Source of the DNA: Thermoanaerobaculia bacterium
GTDB taxonomy: Bacteria > Acidobacteriota > Thermoanaerobaculia > UBA5066
NCBI GenBank assembly: GCA_038245905.1
Contig: JBBRRY010000019.1
Location: 1-64,000, forward strand
Direction: 5' to 3'
DNA length: 64,000 nucleotides
In this document: positions 57,128 to 64,000 of the stretch, in pieces
Numbering within the stretch: the first letter of the stretch is position 1
Layout: each line of letters begins with the position of its first letter
Notes under the pieces: generated by a model
What the model was told of the DNA's origin: nothing
Database searches by the model: none
Seen by the model: the letters and a program-made list of their open reading frames with translations, nothing else
Program-made: the position numbers and the translations under genes

Positions 57128-58032
57128 AGACTCCCCGGTCCTCCTCGATCCTCCTGCACGGGGAGCGGTACGGCTATCAGAGAACGGGCCATGGCCCCCT
57201 CGTGGTGCTGCTCCATGGGATCGCGGGCACCTCCGCCACGTGGGACGCGGTCATCCCGCGCCTCGCCGAGAACTACGACGTCCTCGCCCCGGACCTCCTC
57301 GGACACGGCGAATCCGCGAAGCCGCACGGCGACTATTCCCTCGGGGCATACGCGAACGCGGTGCGCGATCTCCTCGAGGCGCTCGGAGAGAACCGGGCGA
57401 CCCTCGTCGGACATTCGCTCGGCGGCGGCGTCGCGATGCAGTTCGCGTATCAATTCCTCGAGCGCTGCGAGCGCCTCGTTCTCGTCGACAGCGGAGGCCT
57501 CGGCCGCGAGGTGCACCCGTTGCTCCGCGCGGCCGCGCTCCCGGGAGCCGGGCTCGTCCTCCCCTGGCTCAGCACGGCGACCAGCCGCGGCGTCGGCGCC
57601 CTCGTCCACGGCATGAGCCGCCTCGGAATCCGCGCGGGCCCCGACCTCGACGAGACCTGGCGCGGCTTCGTCTCGCTCGAGGAGCCCGCGGCCCGTCGTG
57701 CGTTCATCCAGACGGTCCGCGGCGTCATGGACCTCTCGGGCCAGCGCGTGAGCGCGAACGAGCGTCTCTATCTCGTCGAAGGCCTCCCAACGATGGTCAT
57801 CTGGGGCGGGGACGACCCGCTCATCCCGGTGCGGCACGCCCGCGCGGCGCACGCGCGCATCGCGGGGAGCCGGCTCGAGATCTTCCCGGAGGCCGGCCAC
57901 TTCCCCCATCGCGACGACCCCGAGCACTTTGCGAGCGTGCTCATAGACTTCATGCGGACGACGAAGCCGCTGCACGCGGGCGCGAAGCGCCTCGGCGACC
58001 GCCTGCGGGCCGGCCCGGCCGTGCCCGCGTAG
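57124..58032 (+). CDS. Alpha/beta-fold hydrolase (start uncertain, possibly CTG 57124)
   Basis: LLHGIAG, APDLLGHGES, GHSLGG nucleophile elbow, WGGDDPLIP, AGHFPH. Confidence 0.9.
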   Translation: MKTPRSSSILLHGERYGYQRTGHGPLVVLLHGIAGTSATWDAVIPRLAENYDVLAPDLLGHGESAKPHGDYSLGAYANAVRDLLEALGENRATLVGHSLGGGVAMQFAYQFLERCERLVLVDSGGLGREVHPLLRAAALPGAGLVLPWLSTATSRGVGALVHGMSRLGIRAGPDLDETWRGFVSLEEPAARRAFIQTVRGVMDLSGQRVSANERLYLVEGLPTMVIWGGDDPLIPVRHARAAHARIAGSRLEIFPEAGHFPHRDDPEHFASVLIDFMRTTKPLHAGAKRLGDRLRAGPAVPA

Positions 58033-58037
58033 CCGTT

Positions 58038-58799
58038 CTATACCTTCTTCGGCTCCCGCTTCTTGAACACCCACGCCATGGCGACCCCCAGAAGGTACAG
58101 CGCGCACATCGGCAGCGCGAAGGCGCACTGAGTCGGGATATCCGGCGTGGGCGTAATGAGCGCCGCAATGATGAAGATGATGAGGACGGCGTAGCGGAAC
58201 TTCGCGAGGAGCCACTTCTCCGTCACGACGCCCATGCGCGCGAGAAAGAAGATGATGATCGGCGTCTCGAACACGAGCCCCATACCGAGCAGCAGTTTCG
58301 ACGTGATGTCGAGGTAATCGTCGATCTTGAGGACGGGCATGAAGTCCTCGCCCGTCGCGACGAGGAACTTCGCGACCATTGGGAAGCCGACCGCGTAGCC
58401 GAAGTAACCGCCGCCCACGAAGAAGAGCACCGACAGGACGACGAACGGCCATACCCACTTCCGCTCGTTGCGATAGAGACCGGGCGCGATGAAGAGCCAG
58501 ACCTGGTAGAGGATGACCGGACTCGCCACGAACACGCCCGCGAGGAGGGCGATGTTGATGTAGAGCATGAAGGGCTCGGTGAGCTGCGTGTACGCGAGCT
58601 TCGTACCCGCAGGCAGCGCCGAGAGAACGGGCTTTTCGAGCCACTGGAAGATCTCCTTGGACTTCCACCAGCACATGAGAAACCCGGCCGCGATCGCGAG
58701 CGCCGAGATGAAGAGCCGCTTGCGGAGATCCTCGAGGTGCTCGAGGAACGACATCCGCGGAAGCTCGTCTTCCGGGCTCTTCTGTTCGTCGTCCGTCAC
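58038..58799 (-). CDS. tatC: Twin-arginine translocase subunit TatC
   Basis: MSFLEHLEDLRKRL, YQVWLFIAPGLY, FETP, AALITPTPD. Confidence 0.96.
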   Translation of the reverse strand: MTDDEQKSPEDELPRMSFLEHLEDLRKRLFISALAIAAGFLMCWWKSKEIFQWLEKPVLSALPAGTKLAYTQLTEPFMLYINIALLAGVFVASPVILYQVWLFIAPGLYRNERKWVWPFVVLSVLFFVGGGYFGYAVGFPMVAKFLVATGEDFMPVLKIDDYLDITSKLLLGMGLVFETPIIIFFLARMGVVTEKWLLAKFRYAVLIIFIIAALITPTPDIPTQCAFALPMCALYLLGVAMAWVFKKREPKKV

Positions 58800-59113
58800 G
58801 AGGGTTTGGTCGCCTCGAGCGACATGTCCTTCTCGCTCTTTTCCTGGGAGACGGCGCCCTCGGCGAGCACGGGGGCCGGCGTCGCGGGCTTCTCGTCCGC
58901 TTTCGGCGGGTCGTTCTTTCCGAGGAGGTCGGCGCTGATATTCGCCTTTTCCATCTCGTCCTCGATCGAGCGCTTCAGGTCGTTGGACGCCCGTTTGAAT
59001 TCACCGAGCGCCTTCCCGACCTGCTTCCCGATCTCGGGAAGTTTCTTCGGACCGAAAAGGAGAAGCGCCAGAAACATGATCATCATGATTTCCGGCATTC
59101 CAAGATTGCCCAT
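58796..59113 (-). CDS. Twin-arginine translocase TatA/TatB family subunit
   Basis: LGMPEI...LLLFGPKKLPEIGKQVGKALGEFKRA. Confidence 0.93.
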   Translation of the reverse strand: MGNLGMPEIMMIMFLALLLFGPKKLPEIGKQVGKALGEFKRASNDLKRSIEDEMEKANISADLLGKNDPPKADEKPATPAPVLAEGAVSQEKSEKDMSLEATKPS

Positions 59114-59219
59114 CGAGGCGCCTCCCGAGCGCGCCCGATGCTCCGATGCGCACCCGTCGAAGTCAAGGCGCGCTTCCCGCGCGTGCTACGCTTGAGGCGT
59201 TCTGGGAGGGCCCGCCATC

Positions 59220-60887
59220 GTGACCGATTCCCCTGTTTCGAGCCGCCATTCCGGGCGACGCGTTCTCGCCGCCGCCATCTTCCTCCTCTCGGTCACCGTG
59301 GCCGGCGGGCTCGCGGGCGGGCGCCTCGGCGCGGCCTCGGACGCGACGAATCCCGGCTTCAAGGAATACTCCGACATCCTCGCCACGGCGCGCGCCTGGT
59401 ACGCCGACGACGTGCCCGCGAACAAGCTCGTCTACGCGTCGATCCACGGCATGCTCGGCACACTCGACCCGCACACGAACTTCCTCGAGCCCGAGGAGTA
59501 CTCCTCGATGGTCGAGAAGCAGCGCGGCTCGTTCTACGGGCTCGGCATCATCATCAGCAAGCGCAACGGCAAGGTCACGGTCATCACGCCCGTCGAGGGC
59601 TCGCCCGCCTCCCGCCTCGGCATCCGCGCGGGCGACATCATCGACCGCGTCGAGGGGCAGAGCATCGACGACCTCCCCGTCGACGCCGTCGTGAAGAAGC
59701 TCAAGGGCCCGAAGGGCACGAAGGTCAACATCACGATCCTGCGGCCCGGCCTCGACGAGCCGCTTCAGATGACGGTCACGCGCGCGGAGATCCCGACCAA
59801 TTCGGTGTCGCACGCGTACATGCTCGAGCCCGGCGTCGGCTACATTCGCTTGAAGGACTTCACGCACACGTCGGCCCCCGAGCTCCATGAAAACTGGGAC
59901 AGGCTCGAGAAGCTGGGCATGAAGAAGCTCGTGTTCGACCTGCGCGGGAACCCGGGCGGACTCCTGGACCAGGCCATCGCGGTCTCGGACTTCTTCCTCG
60001 GAAAGAACGAGAAAGTCGTCGTGACGCGCGGCCGTAACGGCGCGCAGGAGCAGAGCTTCGGGTCGCCGGGCAAGAACACCCACGCCCGCATCCCCGTCGT
60101 CGTCCTCGTGAACAAGGGCTCCGCGTCCGCGGCGGAGATCGTCGCAGGCGCCCTGCAGGACCACGACCGGGGCGTCATCGTCGGACAGACCACGTGGGGC
60201 AAGGGCCTCGTGCAGTCCGTCTACAACCTATCGGACGGCGCGGGTCTCGCGCTCACGTCGGCGAAGTACTACACGCCCTCCGGCCGCTGCATCCAGCGGG
60301 ATTACAAGGACGTTCTCGAGTATCTTTCGCCCGAGGACGAGGAGGGTGGCGACAGCGAGGAAACGGGACCCGCGCGCGACGCGGCCTCCTCGCAGAAAAA
60401 GGAAGCTTTCCGCACGGACGCCGGCCGCACCGTGTTCGGCGGCGGCGGCATCACGCCGGACGTCTTCGTGAAGTCGCCCAACCTCTCACGCTTCGCCGCG
60501 ACCATGTATGCGCGCGGGCTCTTCTTCGAGTTCGCGGTCGACTACCGCGCGAAGCATCCCAACGTCCCTCGCGACTTTCAGGTCACGCCCGAGGTGCGCG
60601 AGGAGTTCTACACATTCGTCGACGCGAAGCCCAACGTCGGACTCGACACGAAGACCAGGACGTCCTACGAGGCCGAACCCGATCCCTCGATCCTCGACCG
60701 GGCGATCCGCGAGGAGCTCATGACGGCGGCCTACGGCCGCGAAGCCGGCTACCGCGTGAACCAGGAAGGCGACGTCCAGCTCAAGAAGGCGCTCACGCTT
60801 TTTCCCGAGGCCGAGAAGCTCGCGATGGCCCATGAGCAGATGCAGCTCGCGAAGAAGTCCGACCTCAAGGGGCCGCTCAGACCGTAA
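59220..60887 (+). CDS. Carboxyl-terminal processing protease (S41, CtpA/Prc family)
   Basis: LDPHT, PDZ domain (GLGI...GSPA), DLRGNPGGLL, SASAAEIVAGALQD, GKGLVQ, YYTPSGR. Confidence 0.95.
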   Translation: MTDSPVSSRHSGRRVLAAAIFLLSVTVAGGLAGGRLGAASDATNPGFKEYSDILATARAWYADDVPANKLVYASIHGMLGTLDPHTNFLEPEEYSSMVEKQRGSFYGLGIIISKRNGKVTVITPVEGSPASRLGIRAGDIIDRVEGQSIDDLPVDAVVKKLKGPKGTKVNITILRPGLDEPLQMTVTRAEIPTNSVSHAYMLEPGVGYIRLKDFTHTSAPELHENWDRLEKLGMKKLVFDLRGNPGGLLDQAIAVSDFFLGKNEKVVVTRGRNGAQEQSFGSPGKNTHARIPVVVLVNKGSASAAEIVAGALQDHDRGVIVGQTTWGKGLVQSVYNLSDGAGLALTSAKYYTPSGRCIQRDYKDVLEYLSPEDEEGGDSEETGPARDAASSQKKEAFRTDAGRTVFGGGGITPDVFVKSPNLSRFAATMYARGLFFEFAVDYRAKHPNVPRDFQVTPEVREEFYTFVDAKPNVGLDTKTRTSYEAEPDPSILDRAIREELMTAAYGREAGYRVNQEGDVQLKKALTLFPEAEKLAMAHEQMQLAKKSDLKGPLRP

Positions 60888-61026
60888 GCGGGCTCACGTT
60901 CTGAAAGTGTTGGCGCTTCGGGACCGTCTTTTTTCGTCTCCGGACCACGCCTGGACGTTGCGGATCAAGCCCCAAGAGGCCATGTTGGTTCGCGGCGGGA
61001 GACCGATCCCGACCGCGAGGACCAAA

Positions 61027-62226
61027 ATGAACGACGCGACCCGACCCCCCTTGAAATTCGAAGCAGCCTTCACGATCGGAATACTCATCGCGGGATGTGC
61101 CGCATTGGCAGTTTCCGCGACCGCCGCACCGACTCAGATGAAGGCCCCGGCGGTTTCGGCAGCAACACCCACACGCCCACCGGGCAGCCGTGCCCTGGTA
61201 CAGCCATTGGGCCAGCTTCCCGTCTCCGGTCTCCCGTCGCCCGGCGCCCTCCATTACACGACCGACATGGGCGAGTGCAAGCGGGCGGGCGGCAACGACG
61301 GCACCTGCGGCGCGCTCCTGAATCAGAACTCGGTGGCCTTCTATTTCACCTGGAATTGCAGCGGACCGAACTGCGTCATCGCCGGCTTCAAGCTGAAGGA
61401 CGCGAGCAAGGCGGCGCCCACAGGTCCGACGAACGTCATGCACGTCATGACGGATCCGATGTCCGACGCGATCGACGTCGGGACGAGCCCGCTCTTCATC
61501 GAGCGGCCTCCCCAGGGCGGCTGGGCCAACCGCTGCTACGTCGTCACCGCCTACAGACAGGCGATTGCCAAGCTCGTGCCGGACGGCCAGGGCGGGCTAA
61601 AGCCCTCCGGAACCAGCACGGGCTCGTACGACGAGTCGCCTGCCAGCCTAAAGGTCTGCGTCGGCCCGTTGACGCGGGAGGTGGTGCTCCCGGCCACCAA
61701 GGCCAGGAGCTACGGTCGTTCTTACTTCTTCACGAAGAACACCCCGCACCAGACGAAGGATGACCCCGCCTCTGAGGGCCCGTGGATCCGCGTGGGAAAA
61801 CGGCCCATGGGGCAATCGGGATTCAGCGTCCTGAACAAGTTCTACCGGGCGGCAGCCTCGTTCGACAGCTCCCCGCTGGGCGACGTCACGGTCTACGGCG
61901 GCCGCTTCGCCTACGATGCTTCGAAAGACTGCCGGGCCCGCTTCTACTCGCCCGCGCCCTCCAACTGGGAGGCGTCCGCGTGGCCGAAGGCCGCGGGTGC
62001 AGCCCTGCCGGGATCGTGGGGCGGCTCCGGGAACACGCACACGCAGGACGTCCGCGCGATCGTCCACGGCTGGCGGGCGCCAAAGAAGCTCACGTTCTTC
62101 CTCATGGAATCCCTCACGGAAGGGCTCGACGCCGAGGGGTTCAACTACTCCATCGGCATGCTGGAGACGTGCGACGAGAGCGGACAGAACGTGCGGCTCC
62201 TGCTCGACGTCGGCGTGACGAAGTAA
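61027..62226 (+). CDS. Secreted Cys-containing hypothetical protein
   Basis: GAGGA then ATG 61027; hydrophobic signal, Pro/Ala linker, about 8 Cys in the mature part. Confidence 0.7.
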   Translation: MNDATRPPLKFEAAFTIGILIAGCAALAVSATAAPTQMKAPAVSAATPTRPPGSRALVQPLGQLPVSGLPSPGALHYTTDMGECKRAGGNDGTCGALLNQNSVAFYFTWNCSGPNCVIAGFKLKDASKAAPTGPTNVMHVMTDPMSDAIDVGTSPLFIERPPQGGWANRCYVVTAYRQAIAKLVPDGQGGLKPSGTSTGSYDESPASLKVCVGPLTREVVLPATKARSYGRSYFFTKNTPHQTKDDPASEGPWIRVGKRPMGQSGFSVLNKFYRAAASFDSSPLGDVTVYGGRFAYDASKDCRARFYSPAPSNWEASAWPKAAGAALPGSWGGSGNTHTQDVRAIVHGWRAPKKLTFFLMESLTEGLDAEGFNYSIGMLETCDESGQNVRLLLDVGVTK

Positions 62227-62229
62227 GGG

Positions 62230-62829
62230 TCAACCCTTCTTCTTTTTCTTCCACGGTCTCGCCTTCGATTGCGCTGCGGCGGGCGCGTCCGCGTCCGCCG
62301 GGCGGATGAGAATCCACCAGAGGAGAAAAGGTGCCGCATAGCAGCCCACGACTCGCCAGAAGTGCGTGGCGGTCACCCAGAGGTTCCGGCTGAGCGCGCC
62401 GTAGTGCGCCGCGCTCCACGCGCCGAGGCGCGTCGCATAGAGGGCTTCGACGTTCGCGACGACCGCGAGAACGTGAAGCACGAAGAGCACGAGAAGGCTC
62501 ACGGCGACGCCCTTGACCGCGCGGTCGCGCAGCAGGCCCCGTGTCGTGGCCGCGAGCGACAGGAACAGGATCACGTCGAACGTCAGGTCGTCGACGGGCA
62601 GGGACGGCCGGTCCGACGTGGACGGAAAGTCCGCGCGGTCGATCACGAGGCGCCGGTCCTCCGCGTAGAGCCGCGTCGCGTGCGGCCGCTCGAACACGCG
62701 AATCGCCCCCTCCGCCATGCCCGCGAGAAGCCGGTTGTAGGCGGGCGTCGCCGACCACCAGAGCGCGAGGCCCGCCAGAAAACCGAGAAGGAGCCTAGCC
62801 CCGAGCTTCAACCGGGTCTCCGCCGGCAC
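62230..62829 (-). CDS. Exosortase H-associated membrane protein
   Basis: Multi-TM protein overlapping the 3' end of the exosortase; APFLLWW near the C-terminus. Confidence 0.6.
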   Translation of the reverse strand: MPAETRLKLGARLLLGFLAGLALWWSATPAYNRLLAGMAEGAIRVFERPHATRLYAEDRRLVIDRADFPSTSDRPSLPVDDLTFDVILFLSLAATTRGLLRDRAVKGVAVSLLVLFVLHVLAVVANVEALYATRLGAWSAAHYGALSRNLWVTATHFWRVVGCYAAPFLLWWILIRPADADAPAAAQSKARPWKKKKKG

Positions 62830-63313
62830 CGCCCCCCGCCGTCCACCGGCTCCAGGCGAGGAAGATCCCGACGGCCAGTAGGATGAGGGCCGTCTGCCAG
62901 ACTGCCGCGTGGAACAGCTCGAACACGTTTCGGTGGTGCACGCCGAGCCAGAAAAGCGACACGATGCGGAACAGATTCACGCCCTGGATCACGGCGAGCC
63001 CGCCCGCGATTCCGAGCGCGCGCTGGTTTCCCGTCGCGGGAAACGCGAGCATCGCGGCCACGAGGAGAAGCGCGGCCTCGATTCCGTTGCAGCCGTTCTT
63101 CACGTCCACCGCGAACACGGGCGATTGAATGAGCGTGCCGACGGACTGGGTCTTCTCGCCGATCGCCGCGAGGATCACGGTCGAGACGCGCACGAGAAGC
63201 TCGGTGAAAGGCACGACGACGTGGTCGTTCACGGGCTGGATCGCGACGAGCAGGTAGAAAACGCCCAGCGCGAACACGAACCGGACGAGAAACTTCTTCT
63301 GCGCGGGCTGCAT
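62795..63313 (-). CDS. xrtH: Exosortase H / archaeosortase-family transpeptidase
   Basis: VDVKNGCNG (catalytic Cys), NLFRIVSL (Arg), FHAAVWQ (His). Confidence 0.85.
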   Translation of the reverse strand: MQPAQKKFLVRFVFALGVFYLLVAIQPVNDHVVVPFTELLVRVSTVILAAIGEKTQSVGTLIQSPVFAVDVKNGCNGIEAALLLVAAMLAFPATGNQRALGIAGGLAVIQGVNLFRIVSLFWLGVHHRNVFELFHAAVWQTALILLAVGIFLAWSRWTAGGGAGGDPVEARG

Positions 63314-63376
63314 GAGGGAGGAGGATAAGAGATTTTGCTTCGGAGCGCGCCTCGGGCGCGCCCGGGAGAGGGAACC

Positions 63377-63479
63377 GGGGATTTTCTTAGAAGGGGGAAT
63401 GCACGCTCGCAGAAATGAAGAGGCCCGGCAGTCGCCGGGCCTCGCTCTTTCTTGCTCTTACCTTCTAAGAAATCTCTTC
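63377..63479. repeat. Inverted pair of the dispersed motif flanking the terminator
   Basis: GATTTTCTTAGAAGG (63380-63394) and CCTTCTAAGAAATC (63461-63474). Confidence 0.7.
63420..63443 (-). terminator. Intrinsic terminator
   Basis: Perfect 10 bp stem GAGGCCCGGC-AGTC-GCCGGGCCTC; minus strand continues TTCATTTC, downstream of the 63483 gene. Confidence 0.75.
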
Positions 63480-63482
63480 TTC

Positions 63483-64000
63483 TCAGCGGACCAAGGTGTT
63501 GTTGTCCACGATGAAGCGCCGCGTCCCGGCGGAGCGTACGTTGCCCCGCGTGTCCGTCACTTCGATGAGAAGGTCGTGCTCGCTGTTCGAGAGCTGCGTC
63601 GTGTCGAGAAAGAAGCGGAAACGCGCCGTGTTCCGCTGCGGGTAGTTCGGGTATTGCGCCGCGATGTCCGGGCTGGCGTAGCCATAGTCGGCGTAGTCCA
63701 GTCCACGCACCGCGTCGATCTGAGCGATGCCGTCGATGAGGATGCGCACCTTCGCCACGAGGTCGAGGTCGAGAGCCCAGCCGACGACTGGGAACACGCC
63801 CCCGATGAACTTGTAGTTCGTCGGATCGTCGATGGAGCCGATTGGCGGCGGATCGAGGTTGCCGGTCGCGCACTCCATCTGGATCGGCACTTCCTTCAGG
63901 AGCGAGGACGAGTCCTCCTTGTCGAGCGCCTTGATCTGGAGGATGTGCCCGCCCTCCTTGAATCCCCTCTGCGTGATGAGGTAGCCGACGTCCACGAAGA
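63483..64000 (-). CDS. C-terminus of an Ig-like repeat surface protein (partial)
   Basis: PPIGSIDDP...VVGWALD...VRILIDG...DTTQLSNSEHDLLIEVTD beta-sandwich repeat. Confidence 0.7.
   Translation of the reverse strand, partial: FVDVGYLITQRGFKEGGHILQIKALDKEDSSSLLKEVPIQMECATGNLDPPPIGSIDDPTNYKFIGGVFPVVGWALDLDLVAKVRILIDGIAQIDAVRGLDYADYGYASPDIAAQYPNYPQRNTARFRFFLDTTQLSNSEHDLLIEVTDTRGNVRSAGTRRFIVDNNTLVR

Overview
High-GC bacterial chromosomal window. Gene content suggests Acidobacteriota, possibly Thermoanaerobaculia (inference from an Oar-like TonB-dependent receptor, exosortase H and a short PheT). The left half has gdhA, a carbamoyltransferase SxtI/J/K-like cassette, a GAF-GGDEF-EAL protein and a long minus-strand housekeeping run (2x tRNA-Val, thrS-infC-rpmI-rplT-pheS-pheT-zapB-zapA-6S RNA-rny-ymdB-trm112-O-antigen ligase-xseA-xseB-ispA). 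The centre holds a ~15 kb five-gene operon of exported proteins, with all four junctions coupled by ATGA overlaps: beta-propeller, VIT-vWA, ~2560 aa TPR-like giant, hypothetical, and a PBP-transpeptidase/SpoIID fusion. A thioester-bearing alpha-2-macroglobulin lies 4 kb away. The right end has a RapA-like helicase, a trans-sulfuration enzyme, MFS, tatA/tatC, a CtpA protease and an exosortase H locus. The most unexpected signal is a degenerate ~20 bp AT-rich motif (best copies TTACC(C)TTCTAAGAAA(A)TCTY) in polypyrimidine tracts. It recurs every few kb, often as inverted pairs, both between genes and inside coding sequences. No CRISPR array, integrase or transposase was seen. All calls were made by eye from motifs and context, with no database searches.
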